64,000 bases of DNA from the human T2T-CHM13v2.0 reference genome, Homo sapiens. The stretch is from assembly GCF_009914755.1 (NCBI RefSeq), contig NC_060930.1, one strand, 5' to 3'. The position numbers and the translations under genes are program-made. Under the pieces are notes generated by a model. The model was given only the letters and a program-made list of their open reading frames with translations, searched no databases and was not told the DNA's origin. Below, piece by piece: positions 25,490 to 40,120 of the stretch. Position 1 is the first letter of the stretch. Each line of letters starts with the position of its first letter.

Positions 25490-26055
25490 TCGAGACAGGA
25501 ATTATGCAAAATAGAATTTATAGAACTCTTGCAATGATAGGTTACAAATCTATAGCAGAACATTGAACACCACGTATGTCTGTTTTTAAAGTTACATATT
25601 TTATGCATGCCAACATATAGAGGAGTCTTGATGTGATTGATATTACCGAAAATGGATTGTGAAGTTGCAAGAAAGTTTTCTAAACTATCATTTGTTTAGA
25701 ACATGTTTTGATCTATCAGGCTAGAAGACAGACTGAATTATCTTTCTATTGCTGCTATAGAAAATACAAGATTGTCATATAATAAAGTGACCAAAGGTAT
25801 GCAACCAAAAATGCCATCAAAAAAGTATTAAAGAAGTATATTAGGCAATTAATTAATAAAAAACATTATATTATTCTTGATTTTTTGTAATGTTCATTTT
25901 GTCAGCTTTAAAAAATGTTTAATTTATTGTGATTTCTTTTATCAATTTAAATACTATTAAACTCATTTTGAATTTGTAACTTTAACTTCTTTTTCTTAAA
26001 AAGGATCCACAAATTTGTATAAATTTCAAGCCTCACAGAACCTGGATATTCTCCT
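25490..26055 (+). mobile_element. hAT-Tip100 (Zaphod-like) DNA transposon 3' fragment with decayed transposase C-terminus
   Basis: 25652-25765 translates MDCEVARKFSKLSFV*NMF*SIRLEDRLNYLSIAAIEN, resembling the hAT dimerisation motif ERxFSxL...RLxxLxxLxIE. Confidence 0.7.
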
Positions 26056-27699
26056 ATATATACATTTTATTTCGAAATGAAATATTGAACTGAGATTTTC
26101 TTTATTTCTTTAAAGACAATGTTTGTTTCCTGCTCATGGCTCATTTCAAAAAGCAGCCCCACTGAGAAATCCATTTTTTCTCTCTTCTGCCCTGTCTTTC
26201 TAGGACTAAAATATTCTCTTCCATTTCCCTTACTTATTGGAAAATGAAGAGGCAAGAAAAAAAAATCCTATTACCTATGTGAAGCCTGCTGCCCTAAAGT
26301 CACAAATATAATTTATGGATTCTAGCCATGTTTGCATTCCTTGCCATGCCAATAAAGTTTATTGAAATTGGAATTAGAATTTAAAAGCTTAAACCGAAAG
26401 AACCAGTCTAGGAATTGGAAAAATATATGTATGTAGCTTATACCCAAATCAGAATATTGTTCTACCCCCAGCCAGACTATAAAGCAAGTTAGCAAAAAGT
26501 AGTCCGTTTGATTTTTAAGCCAATCTAATCATGTTAACATTGAAGAAAATTTTCATTTTGATTTAATATTTTATGATCTAAGACTTGTCATTCCATACTA
26601 GAATTAGGGTCCAAGAAAAAGAGCACTTTTTGCCTTATGGTTCAGAGTTCTGGGACTTTAAGATTTAGAGAGAACATGACAAAAAATATCTATGGTAAGG
26701 CTAAAATTACTAGTCAGGGTGAACATTATAAAAATGTAAGTAAAAATGAATTTAAAAGTGATATGAGTACATTGAATTGGTTGAAACGTAAAATCCCACA
26801 GAGAAGTATTTGAGGATTGCTGCAGGAAATCTACATTAAAGTACATTATTTCATGCAGAGAGAATCTGACTGAAATTATAAAGTACTCCTATGGCAAAAA
26901 GGAAAGAACAACCCACCGCTTTACAGCAGCAGTCAGAGTAACAGCACACATCTCAAAATAAATCCCTCACATTTTCTGAGGAATAACTCCTGCTAATCAA
27001 ATGTCCCAAAACATCTGGGCACTACTTGCAGTTGCCTGAACATTCTGGCCAAAGAGACAGAAATATAGGTTGCAATAGGGCATAATAATATTTCAGAGAC
27101 TCTGCTTCCTAAGCATTTCCAACTTCATTCAGTCTCAGAAAGCCCCAGACTAACAGGGAGACAGAAAGGTGATGGGCATCAAGAACCCCAGATTGCAGAT
27201 TAGGGAATATTTAAAGCTAAAATCCACTTAGAAGGCTGGCTGTGTGTAGATAATCACACAGATAAAGTGTTTGAGCTCCTCATTCAACTTCCTGTACTCT
27301 ACTTCGTACAGCTCTGGAATAAGCAGATAGGCTTGTCGTCTGAAACTTTTAGGGAGTATCTGTATACTTTGAGCTTTTAGCGGAGAATTTAGCTGAGAAT
27401 TCTACCAATCGCCTAAGAAAAATATCTAGATGACTCTATACCCTTAATATTATACAGAATAAAGAAAAAAGAAAGTAGTTTGATACAAAGAAAAAGCTGC
27501 CAATCCAGAGACAGAGAAACTGTGCATGACTGTAACCTGGCTACATTTCTTAAACTTATCTGCAAAATATTTAAGAGTACACATCTGAGGAATGGTGATG
27601 AAGATGAAATAATAGTAATATTATACTGATAATATAATAACATGGGGCCTGGAACAAAGTTGTTTTATTGTTGCTGTGGTTTTAATAGTAATCCTTCCC

Positions 27700-28041
<342 letters not shown>

Positions 28042-28273
28042 TAGGTAATGATGCTTTAGAGAAAGCTGTTTGTCTACTACATTTTAAAGTTAATCATAAT
28101 TACTTTGTTTCTTCATATGGGTAAATATTTTGAAATTTGAGGGAAAGAATGTTAACAAAATGAGGAGAAAGATCTGGTTATTAGATGATTCACAGGATAT
28201 CATGAGTTCTTATTTGCTGAGAAGTAGGAATAGGAATGCAACATTCTAAAAATACCTTACCTTTATAAAAACC

Positions 28274-28511
28274 CGATCTCTGGCTCACTGAAACCTTTGC
28301 CTCCTGGGTTCAAGCGATTCTCATGCCTCAGCCACCCGAATAGCTGGGATTACAGGCCTGCGCCACCATGCCCAGCTAATTTTTGTATTTTAGTAGAGAC
28401 TGGGTTTTACCATGTTGGCCAGGCTGGTCTTGAACTCTTGGCCTCAAGTGATCCACCCTCTTCGACCTCTCAAAGTACTGGGATTACAGGTGTAAAGCAC
28501 CGTGCCTGGAC
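28274..28511 (-). mobile_element. Alu (S class) lacking its 3' end and A tail
   Basis: Reverse Alu begins abruptly at cgatctctggctcactg with no poly-T. Confidence 0.88.
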
Positions 28512-29151
28512 ACTCAAACTACTTTGTGTACCCAATATTTCTATCTTTTTTTTTTTAAAAAAAAATATTACATATGAAAACCATGCTAAAATTAAGTCAA
28601 ACTATTGAAAAAACAGGTGCATATTTTAATTTAAGGGAAACTTGGGCTAACAATTTCTACCACCACACATAGAAATGTCTGGTACATTATTCATCAGAAT
28701 GAAAAACACTTGGATTTCTTTCTTATTTATTTTATTAACAAGTTTCTGATGGAACAGAAGGCAGTTGGGCCTCAATACAATGTACTAAGTTTTAGACCTA
28801 AAAGATTTCAGTATAATAGTCTTATCTATAAGGTTGTCCTACATAGACCCTAATCACAGCATCAAAAGGAGATTCCAATGTAAAAGAAACATAGTATGCT
28901 ATCTTAAATATAGAGTAGAAAGTATACGTAAAAGTATTCTTAAATGTACTATTGGAAATGTTATATTACATTTCTTATAATTCTGCCTAACACACCACTA
29001 TTCATAATTGTTGAAAGGTTTTCTCTAAAAATAGCAGCGCTGGTAGACAGACACTAATTCATCTATATTCTTTGTTGTCTGGTTCCCCTTCAAACCACTA
29101 ACTAGGCCAGGTGTTATTTGATTATAATTGTTAGTTTAAGATGCACAAAGT

Positions 29152-29295
29152 AACCAGGAATGGTAGCATATGCCCATAATCCCAACTACTTGTGACACTG
29201 AAACAGGTGGATTATCTGAGCACAGGAGTTTCAGGCCAGTCTGGGCAACATAGTGAGACCATGTCTCTAAAAAATAAAAAATAAATAATAATAAA
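29152..29295 (+). mobile_element. FLAM (free left Alu monomer)
   Basis: Single monomer ending gtctct plus A-rich tail. Confidence 0.8.
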
Positions 29296-29542
29296 ATATA
29301 CAAAATATAAACATTGGTTTCGTAAATCCATGGCTACACTTTTCAGAAACTACATGGCCATTCTGGAAAAACTCTGGAAAAACAAAATTGAAACATGATG
29401 GTGAAACTCTTAGCTATAATTCTATATTATTGGAACTTTCAAAGTTAAAAGAATCTGTTAAAATGCATACATTTTCAAAAAAGGTTTAAACTTTTCCAGT
29501 TTTATGCTATGGCTTTCTTCTCTTCTTAAGGTATTAAAATTA

Positions 29543-29799
29543 TAGGTCCACAAAGCCTTATTTGCAAATCTGTAATCCAAAATGATATGAATACTAAAAG
29601 TTTTTCTGAAACTCATTTGATGGCAAACCTGCCATGGCTAAACAGTAGGTTATTTCTAATCTCTTATTTTGCATAGTTATGGGTAACGATGGATGTATAT
29701 AATCTACAGTATGTGTACAACACTGTTTTAAAATCCTAAAAGTTCTTAACTTTTATACACATCTAGACCCATGGAGTTCAGGAGAGATTGTAGATTTGG
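29543..29799. mobile_element. Old Tigger-type MITE
   Basis: Degenerate TIRs taggtccacaaagcctt / ggagagattgtagatttg. Confidence 0.45.
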
Positions 29800-30408
29800 A
29801 TTTCCTTTAGAATTGCTCTTGTTTCAACTCAACTTTTTTTCTTTATTTCTATTTTTAAAGATTCAGTAATTTTAATTTCATTAAAAGTCAGCTGTGCTTA
29901 GAAATTGATCAAGAGTTAATAATTCAGGACATCTTGTGAATTACCACAAGTAGAATTGAAGTTATTTCTGTTAGAGAGGAAGGGCAAACACCAGATACCA
30001 ATCAGGAGTATCCATCTGAAAACAAACAAAAAGATAAGATTGCTTATCACTGAAGGAAACAGGATGCTAAATGTACGAGTTTTATTTTATCAACACATCT
30101 CAAACAGCAGATGCCTGTCACTGTATACTAACTGCTAAAAGTCCTGTGCTTTTCTACCATAATCCAGCTGTTTTTAAAGTTTTTGATAGATGGCCCTTAC
30201 TGCTTTGCCATCCTGCTCTGTGAATCATGTAATTGTTTACTGTCCTGGTCCATTTAACTCCTATTTAGGACCATACCTCATACATATCTAGAGCATTTAT
30301 ATTTCCTTTCTTTAATCATAAAAGAAAACATTTTATGTTTTCTACATATAGGATTTCAGACTTCAAGTTATTACTGCAATAAAGTAAGTTTTTGGATCTA
30401 TATTAGAG

Positions 30409-30678
30409 CTCTCCTTCCTTCCTTCCCTCCCTTCCTCCCTTCTTTCCTTCCTCCCTCTCTCCCTGCCTCCCTCCCTTTCATTCTCCCTCCCTCCCTCCCT
30501 TTCATTCTCCCTCCCTCCCTCCCTTCCGTCTTTCATTCCTTCCTTCCTTCCTTCCTTTCTTCCTTCTTTCCTTCCTTTCTCCCTCCCTCACTCCCTCTCT
30601 TTCATTCTCCCTTCCTTCCTTCCTTTCTTCCTTCCTTCCTCCCTCCCTCTCTTTCATTCTCCCTTCCTTCCTTCCTTC
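30409..30678. repeat. ~270-bp polypyrimidine (TTCC/TCCC)n tract
   Basis: Almost purine-free top strand. Confidence 0.95.
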
Positions 30679-31819
30679 AAATGAGTACTATCTTTAAGGA
30701 ACTTAGATGCATATGGAGCCCTTCTCTTGAAATACAATGCTTTTTTCCCACATGGAAGTTAAATGTACATAAATATTGCCCTATTTAAAACAGTTGTAAT
30801 GAACTTTTGTGTTTATTATGGAAATGCTATAAGAATAGCCCTGGATCAAGTGATAATATGATTATATCAATTAAGCAAACGGAGATCATGTGTTAATAAC
30901 ATTTAGTATGGACGGAAAAAATAGGAATTTGAAATAGAACCTTTCTATCTTGGTATAATTTCCAAATTAACTCAGAGAAATGATAAAATATTGCTCAATA
31001 AACTGCACAAATTTAAAGTTAGCAATTTCAGAAATGTTGACATATGTATACACCTGTGAAAACATCAACACAATCAAGATCATGAACATATTTATCACCC
31101 CCAAAAGTTTCTTCAAGATTCTGTCAGCCTTTTCTCCCATCCCTCCTGGCTCTTTTCCACATCTTGTCCCCAGGCAGCTACTGATCTGCTTTCTGTCCAC
31201 TATAGAATACTTTGCATTTTCTAGAATTTTATGCAAATGGAATCATACGGTGTATACTTCTGTTTTTTTACTGACTTCATTTGGTTTAATTATTTTGAGA
31301 TCCATCCATGCATTGAGTGCATTGGGAATTTATTTCTTTGTGATGCTGGGTGGTATTACATTGTATGGATATGCCACAATTTCTTTATCCATGTACTTAT
31401 TCATGAATCAATGAAGGTATATTCAGTTTTTGGTATTACAAATAAAACTATTGTGAACATTTCTATATAAGGACACACGTTTAAGTAAATATCTTGGAGT
31501 AGAAAAGTTGTATCATATGGTAGGTGTATATTTAACTTTCCAAGAGCCTGCCACACTGCTTTTCAAAGCAGTTGGACCATTTTACATTCCCATGAGGAGT
31601 CTATGAAACTTCCAGTTAGTCTACATCTTCAACAACATTTGGTATGGTCAGCCTTTTAGTTGGGGACATTCAAATAAGTATATAGTAGTATCTAATTATA
31701 GTTTTTATTTATGTTTTTCTAATGACTAATGATGTGTGGATCTTCTTATGTAACTGTTTTTCATCTATGTATCTTTTTTTTTGGAGAGGTGTCTATTCAA
31801 ATTTTATACCCATTCCTTA

Positions 31820-32810
31820 AAAATACACTTTATTTTTTAGAATGGTTTTAGATCTACAGAAAAACTGAGAATATAGTACAAAGAGTTCTCATATATCCCG
31901 CACCTAGTTTCCTTTAACATCTTACATTACTATGGTACATTTGTTCTAATTAATGAATCAATATTGATATTTTATCATTAGCTAAAATCTATACTTGATT
32001 CATATTTCTTTAGTTTTTACCTGATTTTCTGTATTGTTTTCAGGATCCCATCTGGGATACTATATTACACTTAGTTGTTTCTCCGTAGGCTCCCCTTGTC
32101 TGTAACAGCTTCTCAGACTCTGTTTTTGGTGATGATGGCCCTGGCAAGTTTTGAGAAGTACAGATCAGGTGTTTTGTAGAATGCTTCTCTAATTGAGTTT
32201 GTCTGGTCTTTTTCTAATAGTTATACTGGGATTACAGTTGTTTGGGAGGAAGACCACAATGGCAAAGTTCCATTTTCATCATATCATATTAAGAATTTAT
32301 ACTATTTGACTTATCGGTGTCAATATGAACCTTGATCACTCAATTAAAGTAGTATTTGTCAAGTTTGTCCACTGTAAAGTTACCCTTCTCGTTTTTTCTT
32401 TCCATAATGTTCTTCTTGTAAAGAAGTCACTATGTGCATCCCACACCTAATGAATGGGAAGTTATGCTCCCCCTCTCTGAGGGTGAAGTAATTACATAAA
32501 TTATTTGGAATTCTTCTGCCCAGGAGTGTTATCATCTCTTTTCCTCTATTATTTATTTGATCATTTATTCATATCAATAGAAACTGATAGATAAAATTTC
32601 ATTTTACACTCTGGATTATATTTCTTTAAATAATCTAATTTGTTGTTGTTATTAATACTCAAATTGTTCCAGCTTTGACTACTTGGAGCTCTTTCAGTTG
32701 GTTCCTGTATTTCTTTGACACAATTCCATCAATAAAGGATTGTGTTTTGTTTTTGAGCACCTTCTTCATTTCTTGTATAAAAGATGTTCCAGCCTTATTT
32801 TGCTTACATC
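31820..32810 (-). mobile_element. L1MC-type 3' fragment nested in the above L1
   Basis: ttttagatctacagaaaaactgagaatatagtacaaagagttctcatata...aggatcccatctggg...ttgggaggaagaccaca. Confidence 0.65.
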
Positions 32811-33225
32811 TATTTTTAATATGTTTGTTGTTTCCTTACTGATGAGATTTGATGACTATATCTTCTGTATAGAAGCCCTTTATTAAATATATAATATGCA
32901 TATATTTTCTTGAAGTCTTTGATTTGTCTTTTCATTCCCTTAACGGTGCCATGTGAAGAGCAGAAGTTTTTAATTTGATAAACTCCCATTTTTAATTTTT
33001 TTGTTTTGCTTTATGGATGATGCTTTCAGAGTTGAGTCTGAGAAATCTTTATCTAACCCATTGTCACAAATTTTCTACCATGTCTTGTTAGAATTTTTAT
33101 ACTTTTGGGTTTTATATGTAGGCCTGTGATTTTCTTTTCATATATGGGATGAGGTGTGGATTGAGGTTAACTTATAATATCATATGGGTATCCAATTGTT
33201 TCAACACCATTTGATGAAGAGAGTA

Positions 33226-33569
33226 CAGTAATACCCCCTTATCCACACTTTTGTTTTCTGAAGTTTCAGTTACCCACAGTAAACCAAGTTCCAAAAACAG
33301 GTGGGTATGGTATAATAGGATATTTTGAGAGAGAGAGATAGAGACCACATTCACATGAATTTTATTACAGTATATTGTTATAATTGTTCTATGTTATTAT
33401 TCATTATTGTTGTTAATTTCTTACTTTGCCTAATTTATAAATTAAAACTTCATTATAGATATGTATATATAGGAAAAAACAGTATATATTGGGTTTGGCA
33501 CTATCCATGGATTCAGGCATCTACTTGGAGTCTTGAAATGTATCTCCTGTGGATAAATGGGGACTAGTG
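33226..33569 (+). mobile_element. MER44A (TcMar-Tigger MITE)
   Basis: TA-flanked, TIRs cagtaatacccccttatcc / ggataaatggggactagtg, internal gagagagaccacattcacat. Confidence 0.88.
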
Positions 33570-34507
33570 TATGCTTTCTCCAGTAAATTCCTTTTGCATG
33601 TTTGCCAAAACACAATTGGTCATATCTATGTGTATTTATTTGCAGACTCTATTCTCTTCCTTTGATCTATTTTTCTATCTTTATCTCATTGTCTTGATTA
33701 TTATATCTTTATATTGTCTGGAAATCAGGTGATATAATTCTCCCAACTTTGTTCTTTCTCAAAATTGTTTTGACTATTCCAAGTTCTGTGAATTTCCAGA
33801 TAAATTTTAGAATCAATTTGTCAATTTTTACAAAGCTTAGATTGCTGTACCTTTTATTAGAATTGCAATGAATCAATATCTAGATGTGGCAAGTATTGAC
33901 ATCTTAATAATATTAAGCTTCTGATCCATGAACATAGTATATCTTTTCATTTGTGTAGGTCTTTAATTGCACTCAACAATATTTTGAAGTTTTCAGTGTA
34001 CAGGTCTTGCATGACTTTTGTCAAATGTATTCCTTATTCTTTTTTATATTTCATCTTATTGTACATGGTATTTTACAACTTCAACTTCTGATTGTTCATT
34101 ATTAGCATATAGAAAAACAATTGTTTATGTATATTGAACTTGTATACCAAATACTTGCTAATCTAACTTATTAGTTCTACTAGATTTTAGAATAAATTTC
34201 AAAATATTTCTTCCATATGACCACATTACCTGAGTATAAAGATAATTGTACTTCTTCCTTTCCATACTGGATGCCTTTAATTTTTTGTGCATTACTCTTC
34301 TAACTAAAACCTTCAGTATAATATTGAATAGAAGCAATGAGAAGAAACACCACAGCCTTGTTTCTGATCTTAGGGAGAAGGAATTCTGTCTTTTTCCATT
34401 TAGTATAGTGTTATCATTTTATATTTTAATCAGAAAGCATTCAATGTTTTACTTTAAGTAGCTGTAGGTTAATTGTACATTGTAGCCACCATCAGAAGAT
34501 TTTACTC

Positions 34508-34630
34508 TTTTTGGGGGTGAGGAACAGGGTCTTGTTATGTTGCCCAGGCTAGCCTCAAACTCCTGGGCTCAAGCTATCATCCTGCCTTAACCTCTCAAGT
34601 AGCTGGGATTACAGGCTTGCACTACTGCCC
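34508..34630 (-). mobile_element. FLAM/Alu monomer
   Basis: agggtcttgttatgttgcccaggctagcctcaaactcctgggctcaag...gctgggattacaggc. Confidence 0.8.
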
Positions 34631-34948
34631 CTAGAAAAACTTTCCCTTCTATTCCAAGTTAATTAAGAGGTTTTATCAGGAATGGATGTTGAATTTTGGC
34701 AAATGCTTTTTTTTTGTATTTATTGAGATGTTCACAGAGTTTTTCATTTTTAGTCTGTTAATATAGTGAATTACACTAATTTATTTACATGTTATTGATT
34801 TCAATTTCACTAACATTTATTAAGAATTATTTTATCTATGTCTATCATAAATATTTATCTGGCTGTTATTTACATAGTATTGCTAGAATAGAATCACTTG
34901 GAAAGTATTCCTTCTTCTTCAATTTTCTAGGAGATTCTGTCGACAATT

Positions 34949-35098
34949 GATTTTTTTTCTTCACTTTTGTTTTAAGTTCAAGGGTACATGTACAGGATAT
35001 ATGGGTTTGTTACATAGGTAAATGTGTGCCATGGTGGTTTGCTGCATAGATTATCCCATCACTTAAGTATTAAGCCCAGCATCCATTAGCTATTCTTC
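34949..35098 (-). mobile_element. 5'-truncated primate L1PA 3' end (~150 bp)
   Basis: ggtttgttacataggtaaatgtgtgccatggtggtttgctgca; TSD cgacaatt at 34941 and 35099. Confidence 0.85.
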
Positions 35099-36922
35099 CG
35101 ACAATTATATTATGTCTTCATTAAAGGTTTGATGGAATTCACCAGTGAAGACATGAAGGACTTGTGCTTTCTTTGTCAGAAAGTTTTTGACTATAAATTT
35201 AATTTTTAAAGTAGACATAGGTAACCCAAGAAGATGAGTGAAATCCGACAAGGACAAACCCAAAGAAATTCAGACAAAGCCACATCAATGTCAAACAGGA
35301 AAACTAAAGAAAAAAGAGAAATTTTTGAAATTATAGCTTAACTGTAGGGAAAAAAATTCAAACAAGAGTAGATTTATCTTCAGAAACCATGAAAACCACA
35401 GGAAGTAACACAACATTTTTCAAGTGTTAAAGAAGAAGATTGTCAACCAGAAATTTTGTATTCAGCAAAAATATCCTTCAAGGATAAAGTGGAAATAAAG
35501 TCATGCTCAGGTAAAGAAAAACTAAGATTTTTTTTTCCAGGAGACTTATGCCCAAATAATGGCTAACAGAACTTTCCTAACAAGAAGAACATGAAAAATG
35601 ACAAATCTTAAAATATCAACAAGAAAGAAAGAACAATGTGCAGAGAATATTTAATTGTAATAATTTTTCTTCTCCTCTTGAGTTTTTAAATTGTGTTTGA
35701 CAGTTGAAGCAATAATTATTTTACTGCCTGATGTGGTTCCAAATGTGTGTAGAGAAAATACTTAAGACAAGTATATTATAAATGGGTGAAGGGTTGTTAA
35801 GAGAGGTAAAGTTTCTACACTTCACTCAATCAAATAAAATATCAACACTAGTAAGCTGTGATAAGTTATGAATATATAATGTGATACCTATCATGGTCAC
35901 TAAGAAAAATGAATAAAGAAATACACTGAAAAATATCATACATAAATCAAAATCGATTTTTAAAAAATGTTCAAGTAATCTGCAGAAATAGGAAAAGAAA
36001 ACAGAAATGAAAGAGAGAATAAAAAGAAAACAAAAACTAAAATGGCTGGCTTAAACCCTATTATATTGATAATGTACATGAAATTTAAGTTATATACATA
36101 CACAGAGGACAGATATTGGCAGAATACATAAAAAGATATGGCCTAACTATACTGTCTGCAAGAAACTCATTTCAAATACAATGATATAGGTGGGTTGAAA
36201 AAAAGGATAGAAAAAAATATACCATATAAGTCAATTTTTTAAAAAGCAAGCGTAGCTGTATTAACATCAGATAGAATTCAGAGCAAAGAAAGTTACTAGA
36301 GATGGAGGAGGACATTATGTAATGATAAAACGGTCAGTCTACCAAAAGACACAAGAATCTTAATACACCGAAGAGTGAGCTGCAAAATATGTGAAGCAAA
36401 TACTCATAGAACTGAATGGATATACATAACCATAATTAAATTTGGAGTTTTTGACCCCCTCTATCAATAACTTATAGAAAAACTAGGTGGGATTTGGAAA
36501 AACTCAACAACAAACCCAATCAGTAAGATCAAATTGAGATTTATAGGTCATTCTACCCAGCAACAGCAGAATATACACTTTTTACAAATGCCACAGAACA
36601 TATACCAAAATATGCCATATCCTGGGCCATAAAACAAACCTCAACAAATTAAAAATAATTGAAACCATATAGAGTATGTTCTCCAACAACAACCAACTCA
36701 AACTAGAAATTAATTACAAAAGAGATTATAAGAAAACCTTCAAAAACTTGAAACTAAACAACACACATTCTAAATAATTAATGAGTTGAAGATAAGTCTC
36801 ATGGGAAATAAAAAATACATTGAACTGAATGAAAATAAAAAACACAACATTTCAAAATGTATGGGACACAAGTAAAGCAGTGTTAAGAGGGAAATTTATA
36901 GCAATAAATGCTTATGCAGGTA

Positions 36923-37266
36923 CAGCCTGCCCTTCATATTCATGGGTTCCGAATCTATGAATTCAACCAACCTTGGATCCAAATTATTTGGGGGGGAAGA
37001 AAAGGATGGTTGTATCTGTACTGACCACGTACAGACTTTTTTTTCTTGTCATTATTTCCTAAACAATACAGTATAACATTTACGTAGCATTTACATTATA
37101 TTTTGTATTGTCACTAATCTGTAAATGATTTAAAGGATTTGGGAGAATGTGCGTATGTTATATGCAAATACTATACCATTTTATAAAAGGGACTTGAGTA
37201 TCTGTGGATTTGGGTATCTGCAGGGGGTCCTGGAAACAATCCCCCATGGATACTTAGTTATGATGG
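36923..37266 (+). mobile_element. MER2 (TcMar-Tigger MITE) nested in L1
   Basis: TA-flanked; attcaaccaacc...ttatatgcaaatactataccattttataaaagggacttgag...ggtcctggaaacaatcccccatggatac. Confidence 0.88.
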
Positions 37267-37796
37267 TATTAGAAAAAAAGAAAAATCCTCAAATTAATAA
37301 TCTAAACTTCTACCTCAAGAACCTAGAAAAAGAAGAAAAAATGTGCTCAAAGCAAGCAAAAGGAAGGAAATAAGAAAAAATAAAAAATAATAATGAGAAG
37401 AACATAAACCAATGAAACTAAAAATACAAAAATAATAGAAAAAATAAGTGCAGAAAAATCTAGTTCTTTGAAGAGAGCAAGCCATTTGACAATATATACA
37501 GGCTAAGAAGAAATATTATGCAATTTTATCAATTGATACAGTAAATATTTAACAACATTCAACTCCTATTCATCATGAAAAGTCTCTGAAAAGTTAGAGT
37601 ACAAGGGAACATCTTCAAATCGATAAAAAGACATCCACAGAAGACCTATAACAAACATCATATTTAATGGGTGAAAAACTGAATGCTTTTCTCCTAAAAT
37701 TAGCAACAAGGCAATTATGTCTGCTCTCACCATTGCTATTGAATATGGTGCTGGAAGTTCTAGCCAGGTCAATACATTAAGAAAAGGAAATTTAGC

Positions 37797-38110
<314 letters not shown>

Positions 38111-39964
38111 TCATATTCGCAGATGCTATGATGTCCTACATAAAAAGATGAAATGATGACTATATCGACACCGAAATTAGAAATCCATCATTTACAATCA
38201 CTAAAAATATTAGGTATAAACATAACAAAACATGAACAGGACTTGTATGCCAAAAACTACAAAATGAAGAGAAGAAATTTTAAAAGTTCTAAATAAATGG
38301 AGAGATACAATCTGTTCATGGATTGAGTCTTAACACAGTATAGACATTAATTCTCCCAAACAGATGTTCAAACACAACACAATTCCCATCAAAATCCTGT
38401 GCTATCAGGATTTGCTTTTAAAGACAAGATTATTCTAAAATCATATGGAAAGGCAAAGAAGCTAAAACAATTTTGAAAAAAAAAAAGAATAAAATGGGAG
38501 AAATCTCTTTTCCCAATTTTGATATATATATATATAACTACATTAATCAAGACTGCGTAGTGTTAGTGGAGGGACAGACATATATATCAATAGCATAGAA
38601 TTGAGAATCCATGCATAGCCCTAACAAGTATGGCCAAACGATTTTTTATAAAAATGCAAAAACAATTAAATGAAGGAATGATAATCTTTTTCACAAATGT
38701 TACTGAAGCATTGTCCAAAAAAGTTTGACAGCTTATTGAAAAACTATATGCACTTATCATACATCCTTGTAATTGCACTCCTGGGCATTTATCCCAAAGA
38801 AATGAAAATTATGTGCACATAGAACCTGTACGTGATTGTTTATAGCAGCTTTATTTGTAATAGCCCCAAACTGGAAACAACCAAAATGTCTCTCAATAGT
38901 TGAATGGTTAAACACAGTGTGGTATATCCATTTCACAGAATATTCCTCAGAAATAAAAACGAATAAACCACAGATGCATATGACACTCTAGATGAGTCCC
39001 AGAAATATTATGCTGAGTTTAAAGAGCCAAATTCAAAGGTCACATAGCACATGGTCCCATTTATCTAACATTCTCAAAATGAAGAATTATAGAAGTAAAA
39101 AGTAAATTAATGGTTACCAAGGACTATGGATGGTAAGGAGAAGGAAATGAATGTGACTATTAAGGGAAAGCAGGAGGGAAATATTTAAAGTGAGGAAATA
39201 GTTCTGTATCTTGATTAAATGATGATTACATGAATCTACGTATACAATAAAATGGCATAGACATGTACACACACTTTACACCAATGTCAAGTTCCTAGTT
39301 GATACTGTACTACAGTTGTGTTAGAAGTAACCACGAGGAAATTATGTGAATGGTGCACAGGATCTCTCTGTACTTTCTTTGCAACTTCCTGTGAATCCAT
39401 AATTATTTTAAAATTTTAAAGAGTTTTTTTAAAGATAGAGACAGTAAGTTTATTTCTGCTATTTGTCATGTTGGCAAAAGTATAGGCTTGTTGAATTTTC
39501 TTCTCACAAGATTTGTAGGTTTTAACCTCCTGAGTTTTAAAATTATTGTCACTGAGACCAAAAGTGAAAATGTAAGTAAACATTTACATAGAACATAGGA
39601 AAAAAATACATTTTAAGCTCAATGAGGAAGGGCTAAATTATCTAATAAATGATACTGAAAAATAGGCTATATTAAAAAGTAAAATATACATAAAAAGTAA
39701 ATTTGAAATGTATCAAATTATAACATTATTTGGAGGAATATAAGAAAATATTTGATATAGTGTTGGTGTGGAAAATTGCTGGGTTTTTTTTCCTTTTAGC
39801 AGTACCCACAAGACAAACAACTTCAGACATTTGATAGACAAATTTGAATATGAAAAAATTAGTTGTCCAAACAGCAATAAACCAACTAATTTGCCAGTAT
39901 TGAAGTTCAGAAAACAAACAACAGATTGGAGAATAAGATGAATAACTCATATTTCAGAGAATGA

Positions 39965-40120
39965 AAGGTACTAAAAGCAGAGACTGGAGCCAAATCAACT
40001 GGGTTCAGATCCCACCTGTGCCACTTTATTGCTTAATAGGCTTTGGATGATTGACATAAACACTCTGCCTCAATTCCTGTTCTAAAAAACTAATAATAAG
40101 AATACTTTGTAGGACTATGT
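39965..40120 (+). mobile_element. MIR SINE
   Basis: agactggagccaaatcaactgggttcagatcccacctgtgccactt...ctctgcctcaattcc. Confidence 0.65.

Larger units (their letters stand above)
30980..35220 (-). mobile_element. Old L1M (L1MD-like) 3' UTR/ORF2 segment, interrupted by nested elements
   Basis: Reverse L1 3' end (tatacacctgtgaaaacatcaacacaatcaagat) followed by T-rich antisense ORF2 sequence up to ~35220. Confidence 0.8.

Noticed and set aside
30980-31470. Hydrophobic 144-aa and neighbouring ORFs
   Set aside because: Antisense L1 3' UTR; T-richness mimics membrane proteins.
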